Shown piece by piece: positions 20,112 through 29,974 of a stretch of DNA of 64,000 bases. The notes beneath the pieces are model-generated. The model was given only the letters and a program-made list of their open reading frames with translations. It searched no databases and was not told the origin of the DNA. The first letter of the stretch is position 1, and the number at the start of each line of letters is the position of its first letter. Origin of the DNA: Minisyncoccota bacterium (GTDB lineage: Bacteria; Patescibacteriota; Minisyncoccia; Phycocordibacterales; Phycocordibacteraceae); NCBI GenBank assembly GCA_041664265.1, contig JBAYLD010000002.1, positions 35,505-99,504 of the forward strand, written 5' to 3'. The position numbers were made by a program, and so were the translations under genes.

Positions 20112-20180
20112 GACATTTCACCTCCTTCCATTTTATTTAACCCAACTAATTACAAGTTATGGATGGGCGTAAAATAGAAA

Positions 20181-20204
20181 GGGTGCACCATTACTGATGC
20201 ACCC
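20181..20204 (-). terminator. Intra-operon hairpin/terminator
   Basis: GGGTGCATCA-GTAA-TGGTGCACCC followed by TTTCT on the minus strand. Confidence 0.6.
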
Positions 20205-20221
20205 CACTTAATCCAATAAGA

Positions 20222-21316
20222 TCATGGCGTTCGGATTCCGCGAAGCGGTTCCTCCCCAAAGGTTAGGAACCACAGACTTCGATAATCCTCCCAAACCAAT
20301 GGTCTCATGCTTGTTCCGACAAACAGCTGTTCCAGAATCTGCCTTGCCTCAAGATAATACTCAAGGCGATTGGCTTCTGGATCTTTAAGAGTTGCCTCAT
20401 GGTACTTATGCATTTGCAGAGTATTGATGGTAGGGAACTTGTTAATGTGATCCTTGAAGCAACCGAAGTGGTACTCCATCACATCCAATGGTTCCGTCCC
20501 GACAATGTAGGCGAAATTCACTTCGTACCCTAATCCTCGCGCGAAATCCATGGATTCGCAGGCGTCTCGGAGACTGACCGCCCTCTTCTCCTTTCGCAAC
20601 AGACCTCGACGTTCGAACGTTTCTAATGAGAAGCAGATGCCAAATGGCTGAATCTCGGCGATACTTCTCAACCAATCTTTGCTTATGATCTGCGAACCGA
20701 GATAAAAGATCTTGCCAACAAACTTGTATTCCATCGAGACCTTCTTTAAGGTACGAAGAAATCGGCAAAGATCTTCGCTATTTTCATAGCAACCGGTCAC
20801 AATCGAGATCTGCACCAGATGAGACAAGTCGGTCAATCCGTACTTGGACATCCACCCTTCAAAGAATTCTCTCAGATCGAAGTCGGTTATCAGTTTCTTC
20901 CTATCATAAGGAACCTGATATGCCGCATAACAGAACTTGCAGCCGTGGCATGAAGTTCTGGAATTCGGATTGATATTGAGCGATGTCCCTTTCCTCCGTG
21001 GATAGTGGGAATCGCAAATATCTTCAGTCGGTCCTATCGCCTGTCCGATAACCGTATTCTGCAAAAGCAGAATATTATTGTCGACTACAGTGAAGGGACT
21101 CTCCTGATTAATCGGCAACGCGAAGTAATAATCAAGTTCCTCTCGCTGTTTAGCGTAATTAAACAGATTGCTGTCGGCCAAATGAAGGGCCATCCGCATC
21201 CTGTTGTAATCACACTCGAAGTTAACACCGTTGATGTTAAGAGCGATGAACAATACATCTTCCAGAGGTATGTTATACCTCTCCGCAAGCCGCACAACCG
21301 TGTTGATTTCTAACAT
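20222..21316 (-). CDS. Radical SAM enzyme, NikJ/PolH-like (atypical Cx2Cx2C)
   Basis: LNINPNSRTSCHGCKFC, EDVLFIALN, SPF, VTGC, YIVG, LEARQ.LE and W..YR.LW..TF match my recollection of NikJ/PolH. Confidence 0.7.
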   Translation of the reverse strand: MLEINTVVRLAERYNIPLEDVLFIALNINGVNFECDYNRMRMALHLADSNLFNYAKQREELDYYFALPINQESPFTVVDNNILLLQNTVIGQAIGPTEDICDSHYPRRKGTSLNINPNSRTSCHGCKFCYAAYQVPYDRKKLITDFDLREFFEGWMSKYGLTDLSHLVQISIVTGCYENSEDLCRFLRTLKKVSMEYKFVGKIFYLGSQIISKDWLRSIAEIQPFGICFSLETFERRGLLRKEKRAVSLRDACESMDFARGLGYEVNFAYIVGTEPLDVMEYHFGCFKDHINKFPTINTLQMHKYHEATLKDPEANRLEYYLEARQILEQLFVGTSMRPLVWEDYRSLWFLTFGEEPLRGIRTP

Positions 21317-21319
21317 GAC

Positions 21320-22168
21320 TCATAATCCTCCTTTTGAATTTGTCACTACCTCGAGGAAATGATTCCTTCTTTGACAGATGATTAGAGTAGTCAGTACCGG
21401 TACCGAGATAGCGCCGTGCCGTTTAACGATTTCTGAGATGTGTCCAAAGAATCTTGAACGCTTCTCTTCCTCGACTTCAACGATCTTGGGAAAGGTATTG
21501 AGTAGTTTCGGATATGTCTGATCGTCATAGTTGTACACGGTCAGATATTTCCTCAAGTAAATCGGGTAGAACAAGGGATTTGCGACAACCTCTTGTTCTC
21601 TGTGATTTAACTTCAATAACACACCCTCATTCACGTTGTTTACAGTCGATTCATCGGGATAGACATCCGGTAGAAACTCATGATAGGCGTTGTTGATTTC
21701 AGCAGTAACCGATGAATCGTCCTGAAAGAAACTATTCCAGACCAGGATGAGATGACCCGACTTATTGAGCACATCGGAAACTTGTTTGAACTTGTCCCCC
21801 TCGCTCAACCAATGAAATGCTGTGAAGGCCAGAATCGCGTCAAACTTTTCCGCAACCCGGAAATTCTCGAATGTATCCTCGATAATCTCGACATTCTTGA
21901 ACGAACTCGTCTGTTCCCTGGCAATTGCTGCCAGACGTGCGCCCGGTTCGATAGCAACAATATGACAACCGAGCTTAGCAAGCTCGATGGTCGCAATGCC
22001 ACTGCCAGCTCCGATTTCCATTAAACGAGAACTACCATCAATCCCACATTGCTCTTTGATATCTGAGAACAGCGCAACCGGATATCCCGGACGAACTGAA
22101 TGATAATTGTCAGCATATACGTCAAATGACGCATTGAAGATATTTTTCCCTTTGAACATCATAGTCAT
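21320..22168 (-). CDS. Class I SAM-dependent methyltransferase
   Basis: Y..VRPGYP, EIGAGSG, IEP, AFHW motifs. Confidence 0.88.
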   Translation of the reverse strand: MTMMFKGKNIFNASFDVYADNYHSVRPGYPVALFSDIKEQCGIDGSSRLMEIGAGSGIATIELAKLGCHIVAIEPGARLAAIAREQTSSFKNVEIIEDTFENFRVAEKFDAILAFTAFHWLSEGDKFKQVSDVLNKSGHLILVWNSFFQDDSSVTAEINNAYHEFLPDVYPDESTVNNVNEGVLLKLNHREQEVVANPLFYPIYLRKYLTVYNYDDQTYPKLLNTFPKIVEVEEEKRSRFFGHISEIVKRHGAISVPVLTTLIICQRRNHFLEVVTNSKGGL

Positions 22169-22749
22169 TCTCCTTTTATGGTTGATTGATGTAAGAACTG
22201 CATGAACCGATCTTTAACATCGACCAATTCTAATGGCCGACGGAAGTCACGGCGTCCACCGAGTTCAATTTTTGCAACAATGAATCCCGGTCCTTGCCTG
22301 AAATGCAATATAGCACGCCTTAGATCTTTCTGATTATTTACCACCTGTACATACCGATAACCAACAGTAAGTGCTAGTTGATCGAGATGAGCGGAATCAG
22401 ACATTGATTTTTCTTCGTTACAAGAACCATAAGCACTATTATCAATAACGATATGAAGCAAATTTTCAGGTTGCTTATTGCCTATCGTTACAATAGAGCC
22501 AAGATTCATCAACAAACTTGCATCACCATCAATTATTACCACCCGCTTAGTGGGGCACGAGATAGCTAATCCCAACCCAATTGATGATGCGAGTCCCAAT
22601 GAACCGGGAACATAGATATTTCTGACTGAGTCGAATTTTTCGAAAACCTCTCGAGAAATCAACCCCGTTGTTGAAATATTGACTGTATCCGCCGGATCAA
22701 TCACTCTCATAATGGTTTCAATTGCTTCTTTTCTTTTCATCTTTGCCAC
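22165..22749 (-). CDS. ThDP-dependent decarboxylase beta subunit (sulfopyruvate ComE/phosphonopyruvate decarboxylase-like)
   Basis: GSLGLASSIGLG; GDASLLMN...DN ThDP-binding motif. Confidence 0.85.
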   Translation of the reverse strand: MAKMKRKEAIETIMRVIDPADTVNISTTGLISREVFEKFDSVRNIYVPGSLGLASSIGLGLAISCPTKRVVIIDGDASLLMNLGSIVTIGNKQPENLLHIVIDNSAYGSCNEEKSMSDSAHLDQLALTVGYRYVQVVNNQKDLRRAILHFRQGPGFIVAKIELGGRRDFRRPLELVDVKDRFMQFLHQSTIKGE

Positions 22750-23276
22750 CCCCTCTTTAGTAACAAGAATGTAGGAAGTTTGACCTTACGCATTTTTTGG
22801 AACATTGAAGTGACAAGTATCGGTATGTCTTGCCCTCCAAAAACCACAAATGGTAAACCAAATGACCGAAGCAAAGCTTCAGTTGCCCCACCTGTTGTTA
22901 AGTGTTGCACCGCATCTTCACCCTCGCATCCACGATAAGATACCGTAAAAAAGACCGGGATCTTATAAGGAACAAGTAGAGACGCAATGTCGTTTGAAGC
23001 AGCGAAAAGACCGGAGTTTTGCATATAGACGATGGGAGTTTTGCCAGCAAAGTATGCGCCAGCCACTAACCCAACGGCTTCAGACTCGCGGTTAGCAGAC
23101 ACATGAAGCATCTTAGGCTCATCAATAAAATTCTTAATGATATGCCTTAACACTCCACATGGAACTCCAGATACAAAATCGACACCAAATTTTAAGAACT
23201 GCTGGTGCATTTGATCTGCTTTTTCGCTACGTCTTCCATCCAGCACATTGAATACACTTCCTTCATCTGTGTTCAC
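22737..23276 (-). CDS. ThDP-dependent decarboxylase alpha subunit (ComD-like)
   Basis: GVPC, RESEAVG, MQNSG, YRG...QH motifs; GTG start with AAGGAGG. Confidence 0.85.
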   Translation of the reverse strand: MNTDEGSVFNVLDGRRSEKADQMHQQFLKFGVDFVSGVPCGVLRHIIKNFIDEPKMLHVSANRESEAVGLVAGAYFAGKTPIVYMQNSGLFAASNDIASLLVPYKIPVFFTVSYRGCEGEDAVQHLTTGGATEALLRSFGLPFVVFGGQDIPILVTSMFQKMRKVKLPTFLLLKRGWQR

Positions 23277-23307
23277 GTTTATTTCCTCCTTTTTATTTTA
23301 TTTAGTA

Positions 23308-23346
23308 TGTCAAAGAGCCCCTGTCTTCCTTGAGAACATCTCAAGG
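23308..23346 (-). promoter_or_regulatory. Leader hairpin followed by boxA-like element
   Basis: CCTTGAGA-TGT-TCTCAAGG hairpin, then GCTCTTTGACA. Confidence 0.5.
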
Positions 23347-23354
23347 GCGGTTGC

Positions 23355-23384
23355 ATTTTATCATTTAATTATTAGATTTGTCAA
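23355..23384 (-). promoter_or_regulatory. sigma70 promoter of comDE-MTase-rSAM operon
   Basis: TTGACA-N18-TAAAAT with extended TG. Confidence 0.65.
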
Positions 23385-23418
23385 TACATTGCTCTGTTAT
23401 ACAAAATGTGTTGATATT

Positions 23419-25239
23419 TTATTCATGCAATCCTATATGCAACTCATAGAGATGACGATAGATGCCTCCTTCGATCAGCACGAGATCATCGTGGCTACCG
23501 CTTTCAGCAATATGACCTTCCTTTAGAACGAGTATCTTCCCCGCCTTGCGTACCGTCGAGAGTCGATGCGCGATGATGAATGTTGTGCGATTGTGCATGA
23601 GCTTCTCGAGTGCACTCGTAACGAAACGTTCGGTTTCTGAATCAAGTGCCGAGGTCGGCTCGTCAAGAATGAGAATCTCTGGATCACGTAAAATTGCGCG
23701 CGCAATGGCGATTCTTTGCTTTTGCCCCACCGAGAGTTTAATACCGCGCTCGCCGACGAGTGTCTGATATCCATTCGGCAAATCTGTGATGTACTCATCT
23801 ATGTGTGCCTCGCGTGCGGCGTGTGCAATTTGTTCTTCTGTTGCATCAAACATCCCGTAGCAAATGTTGTTACGAATAGTATCATTGAAAAGCGCAACTT
23901 CTTGCGGGACGACAGCGATGCGTGTACGCAAGTCAGTAAGGTCCCAATGGCGTGTATCGAGACCATCAACCATCACACTGCCTGCACTTGGGAAATAATA
24001 TCCAGACACTAGCGAGACGGTCGTACTCTTCCCTCCGCCGGACTCGCCGACGAGTGCGATGACTTCACCTGGGTTAACAGTAAATGACATGTTAGAGAGC
24101 ACCTCGGCCTGATCGGCGTCATAATGAAACGAAACATGATCAAACGCGATTCGCCCTGAATGTTCAGTCGGTACTGTGGCGGTAATGGGGTGATAATTTT
24201 CTTCTTTCTCGTTAAAAACTCTTTCGAGTTGGCCAGCTGCGGTCAAACCATTCTGGACCATCTGCCAACTTTGACCGAGAGCGACAAAAGGCCCAAAGAA
24301 CATGAGAGCATACCCATTCAGAGCGATAAGCTCTCCAACGGTCATTGAGCCATTCGCTACTGAGCTCGCCGAAGCAACAAAAACGGTAAGCTGTGTGAGA
24401 AATACAATAGTACGTTGAAAGAATCCCGCATTGCTCCATATTCGGTCAAGGGAATGCCAAAGCTGGCCAGTTTTCCCTGCGAGATTTTTCTGCACCTTGG
24501 CAATCTCGTACTTTTCTGCGGCTGCCTGCTTTACTGAAGCAACTTGTTGTACTGCTGCCGCTGCATCGTCCCAATATTCATTCCACGATTCATGAGCGAT
24601 GTGATCAATTGTGGCAACCGGTCGTAACATAAATACGAGTACCACGCCATAGAAAAGAACACCGGCTGCTAGCACACCAGCCATCGGAAGACTTATTGTT
24701 GCCGCAAGAATAATGCCGATTGCAACCGAGAGGAGTTGCGGCCCAATCTGAATTGCGTTCTGCATGATCGACGAAATGCGCCATCCTGCCATACTAATCT
24801 TAGAAAGTACCCCGTTTATGTGTTCATTGGAGTGATATGTAAGCGGAAGTTTGAAAAGATGAGCGAATCCTTCGGTCTGAATAGCAAGATGGGACTGCAC
24901 ATCAATCGTGCGACGTTTGCGATCCATCACCCAGTCGATGCTATTTGCCACAACCTGAATGACCGCCCAAATAGCGAGCATGAGTGCCCAAAATGGAAAT
25001 GTGCCGCCGTTTGTTTTTCCTTGCGAAAGACTGATGAGCGCATCAAAAAATCGCCCAGTGATGTAAGGTACTGCGCCATTAGCAACTGCAGAAATAAAAC
25101 CAAGAAAACCAAGTACAAAAAATTCGTTACGATAACGGCGAGTGTGCCGCCAGATACCTCGTATACCCTCGCGCATAGACACCGGCTCTGTCCTTATTTC
25201 TTCAACTGCATCCTCGTCGGAATCCTTAATATCGATCAT
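23419..25239 (-). CDS. ABC exporter, fused permease/ATPase (MsbA-like)
   Basis: TM domain plus GESGGGKST, LSVGQKQR, ILDEPTSALD, IAHRLST. Confidence 0.93.
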   Translation of the reverse strand: MIDIKDSDEDAVEEIRTEPVSMREGIRGIWRHTRRYRNEFFVLGFLGFISAVANGAVPYITGRFFDALISLSQGKTNGGTFPFWALMLAIWAVIQVVANSIDWVMDRKRRTIDVQSHLAIQTEGFAHLFKLPLTYHSNEHINGVLSKISMAGWRISSIMQNAIQIGPQLLSVAIGIILAATISLPMAGVLAAGVLFYGVVLVFMLRPVATIDHIAHESWNEYWDDAAAAVQQVASVKQAAAEKYEIAKVQKNLAGKTGQLWHSLDRIWSNAGFFQRTIVFLTQLTVFVASASSVANGSMTVGELIALNGYALMFFGPFVALGQSWQMVQNGLTAAGQLERVFNEKEENYHPITATVPTEHSGRIAFDHVSFHYDADQAEVLSNMSFTVNPGEVIALVGESGGGKSTTVSLVSGYYFPSAGSVMVDGLDTRHWDLTDLRTRIAVVPQEVALFNDTIRNNICYGMFDATEEQIAHAAREAHIDEYITDLPNGYQTLVGERGIKLSVGQKQRIAIARAILRDPEILILDEPTSALDSETERFVTSALEKLMHNRTTFIIAHRLSTVRKAGKILVLKEGHIAESGSHDDLVLIEGGIYRHLYELHIGLHE

Positions 25240-25283
25240 CTAGGCAGTATACACCTCGGTTCTTCGAGCAGAAACGAAGAATA

Positions 25284-25769
25284 TTATAGCGTTTCCTTCA
25301 GCGCCAACGCCCGTTCAATATAGCGTTCGCCATCCTCTCCCCAATCAAAATATTGCTTGATGTCTTTCGGGTCTATGAGTTTTATTTCGGTAACATCGCC
25401 GTCGGGATCTGAGACGAATTCCCCTATCGGTTCAACAATACAGACGGAACGGGTTTGTAGGGTTCGATCCGGCTCGAAGGCCTCCAAATAACCAAAAACC
25501 TTTTGCTTTAGGACGCGCATATTTGTCTCTTCAAACACCTCGCGCACAACTGCTTCTTCAAAGGTTTCGCGGGGTTCTACTCCACCTCCGGGCGGTCCCC
25601 AGGATTTTTTCTCTTCAGCGTACACAACAACGAGCTTGTCGCCACAAAAACAATAGGCGTGTACTCCCTTTATTTTTTCTCCATTCAGCTCTTCAGGCGA
25701 ATCAATATCGCGGTACACAAATGGTATGGTTTGTTTGTCGCGGTTGGTTAGTGTTGAGTGAATTTCCAT
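25284..25769 (-). CDS. NUDIX hydrolase (paralog of 45200..45697)
   Basis: PGGGVE..ET...A..REVFEET. Confidence 0.88.
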   Translation of the reverse strand: MEIHSTLTNRDKQTIPFVYRDIDSPEELNGEKIKGVHAYCFCGDKLVVVYAEEKKSWGPPGGGVEPRETFEEAVVREVFEETNMRVLKQKVFGYLEAFEPDRTLQTRSVCIVEPIGEFVSDPDGDVTEIKLIDPKDIKQYFDWGEDGERYIERALALKETL

Positions 25770-25953
25770 TTTGCGAATGATTATACTTGATAACTATAAC
25801 GGTAGCGATTTAAGAGCCGGCCGCTTAGTTTTCCTCTTTCGGCCACCTCGCGGGACTGTTCGACGGTCCGGCGGCGGAAGTTCAATAGTGAATGTAAAAG
25901 GAATACCTTTACCCCTGTCTCCAAAATATTGGTTCATATGGGACAAACGATTC

Positions 25954-26541
25954 CTATTTTGAGCATATGATATGGGCATTTTCGCTTGTTTCGGGTAAGA
26001 AATCAACTACGCGCCGTATGAAATTGAATCCGGCATCATTCGTGTATTCAATTTCAAAAATGTCCGGATACGAAACCGTAAAGAAAAAATCCTTTGGGAA
26101 ACCGAATTGCTGGACACAAAACTCACTCAGCACCGTCCCGTGTGTACTAACCGCGACCGCACTCGCAGGATGTCTCTCGGCTATTTTCTTTAGCGTCGAA
26201 AAAAAGCGATGATTCGCTTCATCGATACTCTCACCGCCTTTGAATTTAAAATCTCTGTTCCCAACAATTTCTGTATGGAAGAGCGCTGCGTCGCCACGGT
26301 AGTCGAGCTCAACAAGCCCACTGTCTTCTATGGCAGGGAGCGATACCTTCGCGGATAATGGGGCGATCGTCTGTAACGCTCTCGGTAAGCGAGAACTATA
26401 CAGACAATCAATCGGTTGTTCCCAGAGATCGGCCATCTGTACGGCTTGAGTCGTGCCGCGCGACGAAAGATCGATATATCTGTTGGTGGCAGAGTCCCGA
26501 GTGTATTCAACGGACGCATGCCGTATGAGAAACAGCCGCAT
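25954..26541 (-). CDS. Histidine phosphatase family protein
   Basis: LIRHA, SS.L.RA.QT, L.E, GGES, STHG motifs. Confidence 0.88.
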   Translation of the reverse strand: MRLFLIRHASVEYTRDSATNRYIDLSSRGTTQAVQMADLWEQPIDCLYSSRLPRALQTIAPLSAKVSLPAIEDSGLVELDYRGDAALFHTEIVGNRDFKFKGGESIDEANHRFFSTLKKIAERHPASAVAVSTHGTVLSEFCVQQFGFPKDFFFTVSYPDIFEIEYTNDAGFNFIRRVVDFLPETSENAHIICSK

Positions 26542-26604
26542 AAGGTAATTATACTATGATATTGAATAGATGTCGAGTCTGCGAGATGTGCTAGGCTTCA
26601 GGCT

Positions 26605-27798
26605 ATGAGTCGCCGCATTCTACTGGTGGCAGACTACGGCGCCCCGTATATCGGCGGCATGGAAATTCATGCCGAAGAGTGCGCCCGACATTTTGAGCAG
26701 CGCGGCGATCTCGCTGGAGTATGTCTCATGCCTCTTGCCGACAGTGTCGACGCGCTCCCCCACTTTCAAAAAAGTACATCGCTCTGTGCGCCGATCACGA
26801 AGCTCTCACTGTCCTCGATCTTCACGCCTGAAGAACTCGAACACGTTATCACGGATAACGGAACTATGGACGACACCGTTCTTTTTTTTAACAGTGTGTA
26901 TTGGGTGCGCATTCTTGGGGATTTGAAACAACGATTCCCTTCTTTAAAGATTTTCGTCCGTTCGGGTGGCAACGATATCTTCCAAGCTCGCGTCGAAGGC
27001 ACGGGCGACACTCTGAAAGAACGCCAAGCGTACATTGTTCAGCAGATCACGTCGTATGCCGATGGCCTCATTGTCAACAGTGCGTTTAGCCGGCAACGCC
27101 TCGCCATCCTCGGTATTCCGGAAGAACACATGTGCGTTGTTTCTGGAGGCGTAGACACTTCACGATTCACCCCAGCCGGCCAAGAAGAAAGAAATGCCGT
27201 AAGAGAAACCCTCGGATTACCGAAGAATCACGTTATTGTTCTCGCTGTATGCCGCTTAGTGCCCTTTAAGGGCATGGAGCAAACGCTCTCGATCCTGAGT
27301 CGCCTGCAAACGCAAGCTACTTTCCTTTATCTGATAATCGGAGACGGCCCAGAACGCGCATCGCTTGAACGCCACGCACAGCAAATCGGGATAGAAAAAC
27401 AGGTTCGATTCCTTGGTGTAGTACCTCATCAAACCATACCGGACTATTTTCGAGCCGCAGATGTCTACGGTTATTTCCCAAGGCTGGAAACTATGCACGA
27501 GTCAGGAGGCACGTACGTGCACACCGAGACGATGGGTCGCAGTTTCTGTGAAGCGATGGCGGCAGCGCTGCCGATAGTTTCTTCGCATGTGGGCGGCATA
27601 GAAGAGATCGTGCGCACGGGCGAGCACGGTTTCTTGACTCAAGACGTGCGCACGGGCGAAGAAGAACGAGCGCTCGCGCAGCTTATAGACGATCCACTTC
27701 TCCGCAAGCAGTTCGGTGAACGGGCACGCCAGCATGCTACGGAACACTATTCATGGGAAGCCGTCTGTTCAAGCTACCTAAGCTTTTTCTCACTATGA
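26605..27798 (+). CDS. Glycosyltransferase family 4
   Basis: GGME, GVD...F, RLVPFKG, ETMG...EAMA (Ex7E). Confidence 0.9.
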   Translation: MSRRILLVADYGAPYIGGMEIHAEECARHFEQRGDLAGVCLMPLADSVDALPHFQKSTSLCAPITKLSLSSIFTPEELEHVITDNGTMDDTVLFFNSVYWVRILGDLKQRFPSLKIFVRSGGNDIFQARVEGTGDTLKERQAYIVQQITSYADGLIVNSAFSRQRLAILGIPEEHMCVVSGGVDTSRFTPAGQEERNAVRETLGLPKNHVIVLAVCRLVPFKGMEQTLSILSRLQTQATFLYLIIGDGPERASLERHAQQIGIEKQVRFLGVVPHQTIPDYFRAADVYGYFPRLETMHESGGTYVHTETMGRSFCEAMAAALPIVSSHVGGIEEIVRTGEHGFLTQDVRTGEEERALAQLIDDPLLRKQFGERARQHATEHYSWEAVCSSYLSFFSL

Positions 27799-28910
27799 AG
27801 ATTGCCATTGTCTGTGGAAGAGATATCGAACGGGCGCGCGATACTGATGGAGGTTCAATACTTATTCGGAACCTAGCACATGAACTGCGTCGACAAGGAC
27901 ACGGTATCACGATATACACACCCTCACATGCCTCCTATGGGGGATCCGAGCAATACTTTTTAGACCGCATAGCAATCAGTCAACGCTGGGGCGCATATTT
28001 TGACGACGGGAAGCTCCACAAGTACGACCGCGTGTATATATTCCACGTCGCGAACACATTCGGCCTCTTCGAAGGAAATCGTTGCCCTCTCTCGCGCACG
28101 GTGCTCTTCCCCATGCTCTTGGGAGCGTTTTACCGCCTCTTTCAGAGCGTTCCCCCAGAATATATACGGGCTGAAAAGGAGGCGCTGAAAGCGGCTCATT
28201 ATATCGCCACTCCATCTGCCGCCGAACAGGATGTATTAAGGGATTTTTACCATGTCCCTAAGGAGAAGATCTTCATCACGCGCCGCGGCTATGACCCCTC
28301 GATTTTTAAACCGCTTCTGCGGACACATATTCCCAAAGACCGACTCGATATCGTGTGTGCCAATGCACTCAAACCGCAAAAAGATCAGCGATTCTTTGTT
28401 GACCTTGTCGCAACGGCACGCGAATACATACCGGAAATAGTCATACACCTTGCCGGCATCGGCGAGATGAATGGCAACGCAGGGTACGGAAACTACGCAC
28501 GAGCATTGAAACGAGAAGTGGCCGAGCGCGGCCTTACGCCGCACTTCATCTTCCATGAACTTTTGTCCCAGTCTGCAGTGAATAGGCTCATGCAGGAGTG
28601 TCACCTCGCGTTCTATCCCTCTCGCACAGAAACGTTTGGCAAGTCCGTTCTCGAAAGCGTCGTGACGGGGCTCCCCACTATCGTGCTCAACGACGTTCCG
28701 GCTTATGACGAATTCCTCGAACATGCTTATACCTGCATAAAAATCACGCGGTCAGCGACGGCGGCATTCGAAGCTATTGAGACGTTGCGTACTGATCCGA
28801 AGCGCTATCGCGCGCTAAGCGAGAATGGCATCGCCATTGCGCCCCGATTCACTTGGGAGCGGGTGGTTGCAGATTTCCTACACGACTCTGAAGCGCGTAT
28901 AGGCTCCTGA
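27795..28910 (+). CDS. Glycosyltransferase family 4
   Basis: DGG, KPQKDQ, PSRTETFG...LES; ATGA-coupled to the upstream GT4. Confidence 0.87.
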   Translation: MKIAIVCGRDIERARDTDGGSILIRNLAHELRRQGHGITIYTPSHASYGGSEQYFLDRIAISQRWGAYFDDGKLHKYDRVYIFHVANTFGLFEGNRCPLSRTVLFPMLLGAFYRLFQSVPPEYIRAEKEALKAAHYIATPSAAEQDVLRDFYHVPKEKIFITRRGYDPSIFKPLLRTHIPKDRLDIVCANALKPQKDQRFFVDLVATAREYIPEIVIHLAGIGEMNGNAGYGNYARALKREVAERGLTPHFIFHELLSQSAVNRLMQECHLAFYPSRTETFGKSVLESVVTGLPTIVLNDVPAYDEFLEHAYTCIKITRSATAAFEAIETLRTDPKRYRALSENGIAIAPRFTWERVVADFLHDSEARIGS

Positions 28911-28983
28911 CCGCCGAATTGCATTTGCCGCCTGCGGGCGTATTATCGCGATAGAAAACTAAAACGACAAAAGGAGGTGTCCC

Positions 28984-29898
28984 ATGTGTTCTTTGAAAGT
29001 TCTGAAGATTGATCTCATCAACCGTTGTAACGCAGCTTGTCCCTTCTGCCCGTATCACGCCGCACGAGTGCATCAAGCACCGCTCTCGCGATTGTCTATA
29101 ACCGACGTGCAAGGAATCGTTCTCGGTTGCAGGCGATTGGGGATCACCCCCCAGTTTAAATTCTCGGGGCGAGGCGAGGCGACGGTCCATCCGGATTTTC
29201 CTGAGATGGTACGACTCGCTAGTGCAGAAGGGTTCCAGACAAGACTCATCACCAACGGCCTTCTGCTCCGTACGCACGCTTCGGTACTCGCCGAGTGCGG
29301 TACCGACGTCGTCGTATCGATCCACGGCAATGAAGCAACTCATGATGCGGTGATCGGTAAGCGCGGAGCGCTCTGCCTCGCGGAGGCCGGTATCGAAGCA
29401 GTGGCGGCTCGCGGTGCATCAGTGACCGTCGGGATCATCCTCACGCCGGATACCATCGAGGATCTGGAGGAGATCGGAGCACGCTATGCATCTCAAGAAA
29501 AAGTGCGCGTGCGCGTTCATCACAACTTCGACACGCACGTTCGAGAGTCGCTGTCACCGCACGCGGTACAAGCGGCACTTGCCCGACTCAAAGAGCGGTT
29601 TCCGAACATCCGTACCGTTCCCCATGTACCTGAAGAGTTGTTGGATCGTTATTACAGCACGAACGGGTTCGTACTCCAGCCGCACGCTTGTACGCATTTT
29701 ATCGAGGAGGTAGAGATCTCTTCTGACGGTATGGTGAGCGTGTGCGGAGCCGCTCCCTTCGGCAACATACGCAACGAGCCGTTCGAGCATCTTGTAGCAA
29801 GCAACTCACGCACGTCCTTTATGGCGACTATCGCAGGCGAGCTGCGATCTGCCGATGGGCTCGCAGCGACGCGCTGCGATCGCTGCTGCTACCAGTAA
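28984..29898 (+). CDS. Radical SAM protein with twitch/partial SPASM domain
   Basis: CNAACPFC, GRGEA, ITNG, C-terminal C...C...CDRC; own SD (AAGGAGG) and promoter. Confidence 0.88.
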   Translation: MCSLKVLKIDLINRCNAACPFCPYHAARVHQAPLSRLSITDVQGIVLGCRRLGITPQFKFSGRGEATVHPDFPEMVRLASAEGFQTRLITNGLLLRTHASVLAECGTDVVVSIHGNEATHDAVIGKRGALCLAEAGIEAVAARGASVTVGIILTPDTIEDLEEIGARYASQEKVRVRVHHNFDTHVRESLSPHAVQAALARLKERFPNIRTVPHVPEELLDRYYSTNGFVLQPHACTHFIEEVEISSDGMVSVCGAAPFGNIRNEPFEHLVASNSRTSFMATIAGELRSADGLAATRCDRCCYQ

Positions 29899-29900
29899 CC

Positions 29901-29935
29901 ACACTTCCCCGCGCACCACGGGGAAGTGTTTTTCG
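29901..29935 (+). terminator. Intrinsic terminator
   Basis: ACACTTCCCCG...CGGGGAAGTGT followed by TTTT. Confidence 0.75.
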
Positions 29936-29974
29936 TTTGACGCGTGCGCACCTTCCTCGTACTGTATCTACTAT

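Noticed and set aside
22165-23276. Coenzyme M or phosphonate biosynthesis call for the ComDE-like pair
   Set aside because: No ComABC, cysteate synthase or PEP mutase is in the window, so the substrate cannot be assigned.
25794-26006. Small basic ORF between the phosphatase and NUDIX genes
   Set aside because: No motif or SD, and it overlaps the phosphatase 3' end; cannot be supported.
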